64,000 nucleotides of DNA from assembly GCA_951406725.2 (NCBI GenBank), contig OX597820.1, positions 103,168,001 through 103,232,000 on the forward strand. The letters are read 5' to 3'. Positions 1 through 11,400 of this stretch are shown piece after piece (the stretch's first letter is position 1; each line of letters opens with the position of its first letter). Source of the DNA: Octopus vulgaris. Lineage: Eukaryota. Position numbers and translations under genes: made by a program. The notes under the pieces were generated by a model. The model had not been told where the DNA came from, ran no database searches, and saw only the letters and a program-made list of their open reading frames with translations.

Positions 1-450
1 AGGTTTGCATACATTGTCACTCTTCCATCACCATAAGACTTTCTTCACAGGTCACCAGACTCAAGCGCTCTTTGGCTGAAGGCAATGAGCTCAGCCATTG
101 CCCTGCTATCACCAATGCATCTTTCCTTCTGTTTATCACTGAGCACCCTGGGAACAAACTTTGCATAGATTTTGCACACGTTCAGATCTTCATGAATAAT
201 GCTGTGTTCAGTTGTCATACCAACTCCAGATTGTATACTTATTGTCTTTCTTGACACATGATGGCCTTCATACAGAAAATTTTGAATTTTCTCAACCAGC
301 TCTGATATTCTGGCACTCTCTCACCTCCTGTTTACTGTCGTTGAACCTCTTATGCCAGTGCAAAACGGATGCTCAGCCTATACAAATTAACCCATGAACA
401 ATCTGGAGCATTTCATAAGTTTCTATTGCATTTTTGTCCAGTTTAGTATA
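1..450 (-). mobile_element. Tc1/mariner transposase remnant
   Basis: EMLQ..WHKRF, HSIIHEDL..AKFVPRVL (WVPHEL-like), LVTCEE after a frameshift (IVTGDE-like). Confidence 0.8.
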
Positions 451-829
451 TTCTGCAAACAAGTTAGCTATGACAAGCAATGTTTACTAGAGCGTGTTTA
501 ATGTAGAATAAAACTAAGTTAGTATGTCAGCTTATTAGAAGTATAGTAATGATAATAATCTAGGACAGTCAACTAACTCTCCTAAAAAGAAAAAGCTCAA
601 AACTTCTAGAATACACCTCATAAAATCTGCAGTTTCACCTGAGTATTGGTCATTGGCCTATCATTAAGTACAAATCAACAGAAACTCCGAAAGTAGTACT
701 TGTGTTGTACAAGTATATATATATATACCTGCATGTACATATATGTGTTTGTGTGTGGGAGTGTTTCTCAACCTCTGTCACTACTACCATTTTTAATGTT
801 CAATGCCATGCTTGCACAGGTAATCAAGT

Positions 830-1223
830 CTTTTATCAATTCAAAATGAACAATTAAATTACACCATCTAGAAAATTACATATAATAGAAAAATTAAAAT
901 AACAATAAAATACCAATGATTAAGTAAATTGCAAAAAAAATAATAAAAACGTATATAATTGGTAAAAAATCAGGTTAACCTGATGAGTGGCTATCTTTAT
1001 ATCGAAGTGATTTTACTACTACTATTAATTTTTTTACTATAATCATTTCTTAAATACATTTAGCCACAAAACACATCTCGTTATTCTACCAATTATATAC
1101 GTTTTTATTATTTTTTTTGCAATTTACTTAATCATTGGTATTTTATTGTTATTTTAATTTTAATATTTTCATTATATGTAACTTTCTAGATGGTGTAATT
1201 TGTTCATTTTGACTTGATAAAAG
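830..1223. repeat. Fold-back element, about 135-bp inverted arms (830-964 / 1087-1223) around a decayed hammerhead core
   Basis: Arms are directly reverse-complementary; CTGATGA at 980 with gtggcta/tagccac stem. Confidence 0.8.
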
Positions 1224-1245
1224 GTGTTTTTTTTTTCTGATTTTT

Positions 1246-1285
<40 letters not shown>

Positions 1286-1807
1286 TATATACACACACAC
1301 ACGTATATACACACATATATATGTATGTATATTTATGTGTATGTGTCTTTGTGCCTGTGTGAAGTTCTCCCCACCACCATCATTTGACAACTGATGTCGG
1401 TATGTTTACATATCTGTAAATTAGTTGTTTGGCAAAAGAGACCGATAGAATAAAAAGATGGTGCTCCAGCATGACCACAGTCAAATGACTGAAACAAGTA
1501 AAAGAATTGAAGAACATATATATATATATTACTCATGCTTGAAGATGCTGAAATTGAATCCAGAGAATTGAAGTTAATGAATGTCTCTGATCTATGAACC
1601 AAACCCAAATTGTTAAGGGTAGATATTCATTAGCCTTTCCCCATTTCTAAGTGGATTTGAACTAAAAGCTTGTTATAGACTTGTAATTACATAAAGTAGG
1701 AGTTTTCAACCAAGGGTGCAGTATGAAACCTAAGGCTTGAGATATCAAATTAATATCATTTTCTGAAAATAGATATGACACTATCCTCATGTTTTATGGT
1801 TTTGTTT

Positions 1808-2285
1808 TCATCATCATCATCATCATCGTTTAACATCCGTTTTCCGTGCTAGCATAAGTTGGACAGTTTGATTGGGGTCTGGGAAGCCAGGAGGCTGCAT
1901 CAGGCTCCAGTCTGATCTGGCAGTGTTTCTACAGCTGGATGCCCTTCCTAATGCCAACCACTCCGTGAGTGTAGTGGGTGCTTTTTACGTGCCACTGGCA
2001 CAGGTGCCAGGGGAGGCTGGCATCGACCACATATGGATGGTGCTTTTTACATGCCACTAGGACAGGTGTCGGGGAGGCTGGCAACAACCACGATCGGTTG
2101 GTGCTTTTTATGTGCCACCGACACAGAAGCCAGTCAAGGTGGCACTGGCATCGGCCACATACGGATGGTGCTTTTTAGGTGCCAGGGTAGGCTGGCAACG
2201 GCCACGATTGGTTGGTGCTTTTTACGTGCCACCGGCATGGAAGCCAGTCAAGGCGGCGCTGGCATCGGTCATGTACGGATGGTGC
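1808..2285 (-). mobile_element. (GAT)n-tailed retroelement family (SINE or LINE 3' end) with internal tandem units
   Basis: Shared body GTTGGCGTTAGGAAGGGCATCCAGCTGTAGAAAC...CCATGCTAGCATGGAAA..(GAT)n. Further copies near 4292, 6012, 17302, 20352, 21340, 22322, 27650, 31885, 43150, 49322, 52919, 53860, 54778, 56351, 61904, 63617. Confidence 0.85.
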
Positions 2286-3005
2286 ATTGTTTTATGTAAA
2301 AGTAAAAGGTAGCTTTTAGTATATTCTGAAGTCATATTGTCACCTAATAAGACTGAAGTTGATTTCAGTAGTCTGAGAAAGGAAGTATTGGAAGATATTT
2401 GGCTATCATTAGGATGCCTGGAACCTTAAAAGACCCCTTCTGTAAAAGTTTGATGTGTATGTGTGTGTAGATAGATGGAGGATTACCACAGGGGTAGTTT
2501 TGTATATCTTGCCAACAGTATTGATGATATAAGGAAACAATAGCAGTAGTAATCAAAGTAGCTGTATTTTGCTCATTTCTTCTTTGTCCATCATCTTAAA
2601 TTACATTTTTTTACTTTCATATGTCCACTCTGTTTTGTTTTGTTTGCTTGAGGCCATACATTCTCCACAGCTTTCATGGGCACCACCAACATGGGAAGTT
2701 CTCAGTCTTATCAATAATGGTGCAAAACTGAGTATTACCATTTGGTTGATAATTGAAGAATTAGGGACCTTCCGTGTCTGTCTCCCATCCGGTTGTACAC
2801 TCGGTATTCATATACATTTTTTATCTGTCGTTGTTTATTTACAATACATTTTTTCATTTAGTAAGTAATGGTATGCAATGCACACCTGACTTTGATATAT
2901 ATATATATATATATGTATATATAGGCATCATCATCATACTTCTTTTTTCCATGCCAGGTTCCAATCTGATTTGACATGGTTTCTACAGTTGCATGCCCCT
3001 CCTAA

Positions 3006-3387
3006 TCTCTCTCTATATAAACGGCAGTTTGTCTGTGCGTGTTTCTATGTGTCTGTTTGCTTGTACCCTCACCCTGACCACGGCTTTCAACCGATTCTGA
3101 TGAAACTTGACACACACATAGCCCAATGTCATAATTCAAAACTAACGCAGCGAAAATTTTGAAAAGTTCCCCCAGTTCTGAAAAAAATCGATAAATTCCA
3201 CATGGGGTCGAGAATCCGAAACACAAACCACAGACTGTCTAGGGGACGCAACTCCACCTTTTTAACTAAAAAAAAAATTTACCATCATTTTTTTCCATTT
3301 TTTTGCTATTTTTTGGCTACAACTCTCTAAAAATGCTTTATAGTTATTTCCCTTACAAACCTGAGCAACGCCGGGCGATACTGCTAG
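3006..3387 (+). mobile_element. Non-autonomous Helitron
   Basis: 5' TC, subterminal GC hairpin (cctgagcaacgccggg), 3' CTAG, inserted between A and T with no TSD; splits a (GAT)n-family copy at cctaa|tgtc. Confidence 0.85.
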
Positions 3388-4059
3388 TGTCATATATGTT
3401 TGTGTGTATGAATGAATGAATGATGATTGTCCACTAATGACTGAGGAAGACCATCACTGACCATTAAGAACACTCTTTACTCAGACAAATATTGTCTACT
3501 TTACACTTGTGGCTCCACTGGTGACTGATGGGCCCAGCTCTGCAGATATCATAGACCAAGCTTCTTCCATTCACTACACTGGCAGTAATTTTAGCAGCTC
3601 TCTTAAATTCTGCATAAAAAATGCTTGTTTTTTTTTCTTCTTCTTTTAATTCTTTTGTTACCATATTTCTCTTGTTCCAAGTAATTTCAGAAACAAAGAA
3701 TTTAGTAAAATAGTTATGTCATTATTAAACTTGTGTTTGGAACATAAATTAACTTGAAATTTTAACGGTAGGTTTTAATTTAAAACACTTCAAACAAGAA
3801 GTTTGTAGCACAGTACTGGGGGCAGTTTCAGGCAGTTTGGCTTCAAAAGGATTAAACACTCTTTCCTCTGTGTGTTTACTCCACTGTTGGTCATGACAAG
3901 CATTGCTTTCCCATATAACTTCCCATATTTCCTATGCTTTCAACAAGGACTTTGCACAATCTTTAAATAATAGTTTTGGTTTTTGCTGGGGGTGCTTTCC
4001 ACAAACAAAATCACCATATAGCATCTGCCTAGGGATCCTATATGTTATTGTGTATGGAA

Positions 4060-4290
4060 GGCGGCGAGCTGGCAGAAACGTTAGCACGCTGGGTGAAACG
4101 TGTAGCTGTATTTCGTCTGCCGCTATGTTGTGAGTTCAAATTCCGCCGAGGTCGACTTTACCTTTCATCCTTTCGGGGTCGATAAATTAAGTACCAGTTA
4201 CGCACTGGGGTCGATGTAATCAACTTAATCCCTTTGTCTGTCCTTGTTTGTCCCCTCTATGTTTAGCCCCTTGTGGGCAATAAAGAAATC
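4060..4290 (+). mobile_element. tRNA-derived SINE (GGCGGCGAGCTGGCAGAAACGTTAGC... family)
   Basis: A/B-box-like head (GAGTTCAAATTCC) and conserved body GTCGACTTTGCCTTTCATCCTTTCGGGGTCGATAAA; dozens of copies in window. Confidence 0.8.
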
Positions 4291-5483
4291 CTCATCATCA
4301 TCATCATTTAGCATCCGCTTTCCATGCTAGCATGGGTTGGATGGTTCAACTGGGGTCTGGGAAGCCAGAAGGCTGCACCAGGCCCAGTCTGATCTGGCAA
4401 TGTTTCTAAGGCTGGATGCCCTTCCTAACGCCAAATATATATGTTATTGTGTATGCATTTATGGATGTTTGTATTTCTGTACATGGTTGTGTATATGTAT
4501 GTACATGTGTATTTTTCATTTTAAATATTCACCTACAGATGTTAAATAAAAGCAGCAAATGTTCAACTAATTGCTGTAGGGGGGCTTACAAAATATTACA
4601 ACCCTGCCATCTCTGACTAATTTACACAAGAGAATTCAGCTGTATCACACAATTCAACATTACATGTGTTGCCCTGAAGCTTTGACTTTCTTATCTAAAT
4701 ATTATGAGTTTATCGATTAAACATTTTCTTTAAATGATCATCAGTTATTGTTTATTGACTATGTATTTTGTGTATAAAGCAACCTTGTTTGCTCTCCTTG
4801 TTAACCTTTCAAATGGCTTCTGTCACATCTTGTCATTCTTCTCTTTAATGGACTTCAGTTTGAAACTGTTCAGTAATATATGTGCATGTCAAATTCCGCT
4901 GAGGTCAACTTGGCCTTTCATCCGTTCAGGGTCGATAAATTAAGTACCAGTTGCATACTGGGGTCAATTTAATTGACTAGCTCCCCCCACCTTCCCTAAA
5001 AATTTCAGGCCTAGTGTAGAAAAGAATATGTGTGTGTGTTTCTCTATATTTTATTAACATCGCTTGACAACCGATGGTGGTGTGTTTACGTCCCCGTAAC
5101 TTAGCGGTTCGGCAAAAGAAACCGATAGAATAAGTAATAGGCTTACAAAGAATAAGTCCTGGGGTCAATTTGCTCGACTAAAGGTGGTGCTCCAGCATGG
5201 CCACAGTCAAATGACTGAAACAAGTAAAAGAGAATATATCTTCCTGATGTTCTTGAGTGCATTTCAAGTAAAAGGATTCGGTAGTTTCATACGTGCTACA
5301 CATATACACACGCACACACATCGCATCACTATTTTCCTCTCATTCTGATCTAACGACCCTCCATGTTTGTTTTCATTCGGTCCCCCTTCTGTGTCTCCAC
5401 TGTCATGTTTTTATTCCCAATGATAACAACATTGATTAAGCTTTGTGCAATGGCCATACTTGATAATGAGGGGGCAGCCACCA

Positions 5484-5647
5484 TATTATGTATATGTATA
5501 TATATATTATTATATTATGTATATTTATATATATATTATGTATATATATATATATTATGTATATATATATATATTATGTATATATATATATATTATGTAT
5601 ATATATATATATTATGTATATGTATATATATATATATTATGTATATG

Positions 5648-5679
<32 letters not shown>

Positions 5680-5684
5680 ATATG

Positions 5685-5740
<56 letters not shown>

Positions 5741-5834
5741 ATATGTATATAAATATATAATATGTATATATGTATATGTATATATATATATATAATATGT
5801 ATATATATATATGTATATATATATATATAATATG

Positions 5835-5879
<45 letters not shown>

Positions 5880-6010
5880 ATGTATATATATATATATAAT
5901 ATGTATATATATATATAATATGTATATATGTATATGTATATATATATATATTATGTATATTTATATATATTATGTATATGTATATATGTATATATATATA
6001 TATTATTATG
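5484..6010. repeat. Compound (TA)n/(TATG)n microsatellite
   Basis: About 525 bp of almost pure TA-based repeats. Confidence 0.97.
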
Positions 6011-6269
6011 TATCATCATCATCATCATCATCATCATTTAGCGTCTGTTTTCCATGCTAGCATGGGTTGGACGGTTCAACTGGGGTCTGTGAAGCTGGAA
6101 GGCTTCATCAGGCCCAGTCAGATCTGGCAGTGTTTCTACGGCTGGATGCCCTTCCTAACGCCAACCACTCCGTGAGTGTAGTGGGTGCTTCTCTATGTTT
6201 TATTAACATAATATATATATTATGTATATATGTACATTATGTATATATATAATAAACACATGTGTATGT

Positions 6270-7700
6270 GAGTGCCTGCATGCATGCTATTATAAGAGGG
6301 TTTTGAATGTGGAGAATGCATTGCATAAAAGCTATTCCAAGTAAACCCCAAATCAGGATCTTATTTCTGTGAATGAAGAGGCCAATTTGTGTAGATATTT
6401 CATTGAGAGTGGATGTCTTCTCTTGCATCAAGCATAGAATGTGATACAGCAGTACAGATTTCTGACACAAGGATTCAGCAGAACATGGTCATCTGTGTAA
6501 TCAAAATCCTCAAGGTGCCTCCACTGATTTCTAGTCCTCTTGTCCATTGTTTTGGTCTTCATTATCCAATCAATCACTAACAAAAACAACCAAATGGTAA
6601 ATGCCAACCTTGGCAGACTTTAGACCTTAGACTTTACTATGAAATTCTTTGCCAATCTTCCATCATTGAGAACCCTGCAGAACATTCTCTCAAATGATTT
6701 CTATACAATGTTACTTTCCTGTATAATATTCTAGGCCCTCATTATCACATAGTCTTAGGGAAAAAGTCTAACCTATAGACTGTTGAATTTTGATCCTCAA
6801 AGAAACTATCTCCTCTACAAATGACCCATTTGGCAAAATTCTGGTTGCTCTTCTTGTAGACTGAATGCAGTGTTTCTTTAAGCCTCTCCAGAATGTCTCA
6901 GTTAAAAACTTTCCCGATAGTAACAGCAGCACTATCCTACCATAGTTTTAACATTTGCTGGTGTTTTTCTTTTCTGCACAGGTTAGCCATCTCTCCAGTT
7001 GTTAGGGAATTCTTCCTTGTTCCATATCTGAAGGATCAGTTGTAACATCTGTGTTGAGGCCTCAAGGTTGACTTTGATGGTTTCTGCATAGTTGTCGTCT
7101 GGTTTTTCTGCTTTCTTGTTCTCTAGAGACATAGGTGTCTGGATTGCAACCAAATTTGATGCTTTACAGTTTATAGACAGGTTCACTCAGTCACTTGTGT
7201 GTTTTGTATGGTTTACTGGTAATGGTCTGTTGAGCAGTTCTAAAAAGAATTCTGTTCTGTTACAGATCCATTTCAATAGTGAAGTTAACTTCATTGACAC
7301 AAATAGAGCATTTGTTTCTTTTTAGTTAGGTATCAGCTTCTTCAGGATATCATAAAGTTTTTCAGTGTTGTCATTTGCAGTAGCAGTGGCAGTTTCATCT
7401 GCTAAATCTTCAATGCATTTGTTCTTGGCTGCTCAGATACTATCTTTGACTGATAATAAATGCTTCGTTTTTTTATCTCAAGTTTTTTCAGCCTTAATCT
7501 TTCCCATTGTTTGTGCAAATATCCATTCCATGTGTTGTCATTTCATCTCTCTGATCACATTGAGATCACAATGATTTTGAAGTTTTTTCCATTCAGGGTA
7601 CAGATTTTCCATATCATGAACTGCTACATGGTTATTATGGTGGTGGCAGCAGGGACACTTGCATGTTTCTGTGATCCTGGGGAGATTCAATCATGCCTGG
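6270..7700 (-). mobile_element. Degraded RTE-like LINE ORF2 remnant
   Basis: LENKKAEKPDDNYAETIK...QIWNKEEFPNNWRDG resembles the pre-RT KAPGPDG...WK motif; many stops; boundaries approximate. Confidence 0.7.
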
Positions 7701-8381
7701 CAGGTCACTGTGTTGCAGCCAGATTAAAGAATATTCTCTGGGATCCTTGGTTGGCATGGTGTTAGCATCAGCTTTTTGTAAAAATCTACATCAGCTCCAG
7801 AATCATCAATAAAAAAAAATATGATAAAGCAAATCTCACAATTCTGGAGATCTGAAGGACTCTGCAAAGAAAGAATGAAATATTGCAGCTTAAAATGTAA
7901 TGATACTATACAACTAATACACTTCATGACACTCATGAGTAAAACTAATGTTGGGTTACTCTTTACTCTTTTACTTGTTTCAGTCATTTTGACTGCGGCC
8001 ATGCTGGAGCACCACTTTTATTCGAGCAAATCGACCCCGGGACTTATTCTTTGTAAGCTCAGTACTTATTCTATCGGTCTCTTTTTGCCGAACCGCTAAG
8101 TGACGGGGGTTGTGGAACATTAGAACATAATAGGGGCAAAATTGCACAAGTGACTGCATACTCTCTTCTCACCTAAGCAAATATGAAAAAAAAAGTCTTC
8201 ATAAAGACAATGATAATGGCTGTACCCTGTATTTTCTATTATTTGTTTTTCTCTTTTTGTGACAAGAGCGACCATATGTTATCCATGCAGATGGAGAGGT
8301 AAGCAGGGTGATGCACCTTACCCGAAAACCAATATTACGAGTGTCCAACATTTAATTCCAGTTTCTTTCTTTTCTTTCCAG

Positions 8382-8467
8382 ACTGTGATGCAATGGAGCC
8401 AAAAGCAGTACATTACTATGTTTAGTTCATTCACAGACAATGTAGCTGGTCATTCATTTAAACACAG
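8382..8467 (+). CDS. GNPTAB: GNPTAB exon 1/28 in window ([29 protein letters not shown])
   Basis: ttccag acceptor, gtaaat donor, 86 nt; resembles human [29 protein letters not shown]. Confidence 0.9.
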
Positions 8468-11400
8468 GTAAATATCACAAAATCAGCAATCTAACAAATT
8501 TCTATCTCAATGGAGTTGGGACATATGCAACCTTCTAGGCTATGTTCAGTGCCATGGTGGAAACCTGGATTTCATATAAAAAATGCACATTATTGATTGC
8601 ATATTATATTTATTACCATCAATATTAGCATCATGTCATCATCTTATGTCTGTTTTCCATGCTTATATGAGTTGAATGATTCAACAGGTTCCAACTAGTC
8701 CAACGACTACATCTTGCTCCAGTGTTTCAGTTGTTGCTTGGTTTCAATGGCTGGGTTCCGTACCCGATACCAACCACTTCACAATGTACTGGATGCTTTT
8801 TTGTGACTCTAGCATCAGGGTAGCCTTTTAAATCACAAGATTAAAGAATCTCAACAACAAAGTGGGAGAATGGGAGAGAGGCTGGTGTCTTAAGGTGAGG
8901 TGTTTGGCAGAATCGTTAGCACACTGGACAAAATGCTTAGTGGCATTTTGTCCATCTTTACATTCTGAGATCAAATGCTGCTGAGGTCGACTTTACCTTT
9001 CATCTTTTGGAGTCAATAAAATAAGAACCAGTTGAACACTTGGGCTTATGTAATCAACTCATCCCGTTTCCCCAAAATTGCTGGCCCTGTGCCAAAATTT
9101 GAAACCAATATTTATAATTACAGGAGAGTATTGTAGTTTGTTTGAAGCATTGTGTATTGTTTGTAAAGAATAAAATGTTTTGAATGACACAACAATGCAG
9201 TATAATACAAACAATGGACTATAAGAACTGTTGTAATTTAATCACCCATAGTCTGATATGATATTTCGGAATAAAAATTCCTTCTTCAGATAGCCTTAGG
9301 AATTGATGGAGTTGCTGCTATAATCGGTTTTCCAACAGCTCTTTTTTTTGGAAGCGTCTCAGCAGTGGTCTCACGAAGCTCCTTCCAGAATTCCTCATAA
9401 GGAGTGCATGAGGTCAGCCACGTCTCATTCTCGTGTGTGCTGGCACATCCGTAGCACTGCTTCTAAGTTATGTGTTATACGTGCAGATTTCCTTTTTTTC
9501 CCCATTCTCCTTTTTTCTGGGTTTTTTTTTTTGTTATAAACAATACATGAGCATGTTATCAAAAATGAACCTACACGCATCTGATGTAGCTAAATAATAT
9601 ATTAATTACCAACCTCCAGCCTGTTGTTAATTTCGGGCCCTAGTCTATGTATGAGTATAGCTTCCTTAACTCTTAAATTACCCAAATTGCTTTCATTGGC
9701 CTCAATTGTTACTGTTATGGTTTTGTCGGTGCTCCAGCATCTGTCTAGATGTTTTCTGAAGGAAGAGGCCCTCGTGTTCGGATGTTCTTTGATGCAGACG
9801 TGTAATGGTCTTCTTGTGCTACCCACATAGAACTTGTATTTGTTACATTGCATTCTATACACATTTACCCATTGGCATAAATCTGTGTCACAGATGGGAC
9901 AGTTTGTTAGTGTGCATTGATTGTTGTCCCTTGTTCATTTCTTTGCAAGGTATCTTCTCAGAGAGGGGCCGGAGTGGGCTAGTTGTATGTCTAGCCCTTC
10001 TCTTCTTATGGCTCTTCAGCTGGCTGTAGTTATCCTCTTGCTAAAATGGGGTATTTTAAGGAAGCATATGTTGCTGGGTTTTCTATGTTTTTCTTATGTA
10101 CTTAAGCCAATGGATCTAGGGTACCCGTTGGTTTTCAATATAGCTAGGAAGTGTGTAGTGTGGGTCACCTTGTCCTCCATCCTCCAACACTTGCCCTGGA
10201 TGCATGCAAGTTCATTTCAGGCGTATCCTATTTTGGCACTGAGTGGAAGTGCTGAATTGTACTGGACAAACGTATCTCTACTGGCTACTTTCCTGTAGAA
10301 CTCGCTGTGGATCTCCCCTTCTTCCATTATATTCAGTTGGAAGTCAAGTTGTGATAGTGATCCAGTGATGTTGGGATGTTCTATAGTGAACTTTATGTTC
10401 ATGTCCCATGTTATTGAACGTTGTGAATATTCTGTCAGCCTTTTCACAGGTGGATGTATGAGGATGTCATCAAACCATCAAACTTTCTTTAAGTAGTTAT
10501 TCACTTCAACCCTTTAAGAAAATTGGTTGGACCCTGAAGATTGTATCCAAATTGCTCTGGCATCAAAATGCCCCAATTTTGATATAATTGTAACAAAAAT
10601 GAAATGCCATTTCTCCAAAACCTGAAGTGAAAAAGTTTCTAGGAAAATCCTTTTGTTTCATAATGAAGATATTAATTCATTTCATTGCATTTGTTTTATA
10701 CTTTTTTATATCTATAACTGTTTTCTCCATATAAATAGATTCAATAAACCTTTTGAATTCAAAGAATCTTTGATTTTCTTCCTTTCAAATCAAGTGGGTA
10801 ATGTGGCTGTAAATAAATATATGGTTAAAAAAGTTCCCCGCCTGCTGAACTAATTGCACGACTGTTTACTTTTCGCTTTCTACATTCTGAGTTCAATTTC
10901 ATCTAGGGATTTATGTTGGCTTTCAAGTCATTCTTGTTGTTGTTAAAATAATTGACTTCCCCCCAATAAATTTGTAATCTTGTGTGAAAATAACAAATGA
11001 TTATTATTTGTACTTTGGATCCATCTAGGTTGTGTTCACCAATGCCCATAGATGTTGTCTACACCTGGGTGAACGGATCTGATCCTGAACTGATTTCAAA
11101 ATTGCAACGTGTCAAAATAATGCTTCAGACTCAGTTGAATGAATCAAGGTAAATACTTGTTCTATTTCCTTACGATGCTAATCTTGCTCCACTCTTACTC
11201 ATTTTTATTACTAATATCTATCTACAGTGGCTCATCTGTATTCTCTGCATGTTCTTTTTTCTGAAAACATCGACTTCTCATTAGATAAACTATCTTTCTG
11301 GAACACTAGCAACTCAATCACATTATCTTCTATGACTTGTTCAAATCCTACATCTTTTGCAAGTGTCACAATATCTTTCCATTTTGATGTAGACTTTCTG

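Noticed and set aside
1975-2285. CRISPR-like array (constant ~25-nt repeat plus ~35-nt spacers)
   Set aside because: The spacers are homologous to each other, the array lies inside a dispersed eukaryotic retroelement, and no cas genes are present.
3090-3225. CTGATGAAAC...CGAAAC as a hammerhead inside the Helitron
   Set aside because: No consistent stems; CCGATTCTGATGAAACTT resembles a common internal motif of non-autonomous DNA elements.
4337-4549. Recurrent short ORFs ([20 protein letters not shown]...) as a small-protein family
   Set aside because: They are translations of the (GAT)n-tailed repeat, with inconsistent frames and ends between copies.
1-8381. GNPTAB first coding exon and promoter
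   Set aside because: No exon encoding the N-terminal tail and first TM helix with a phase-0 donor was recognised; it probably lies upstream of the window.
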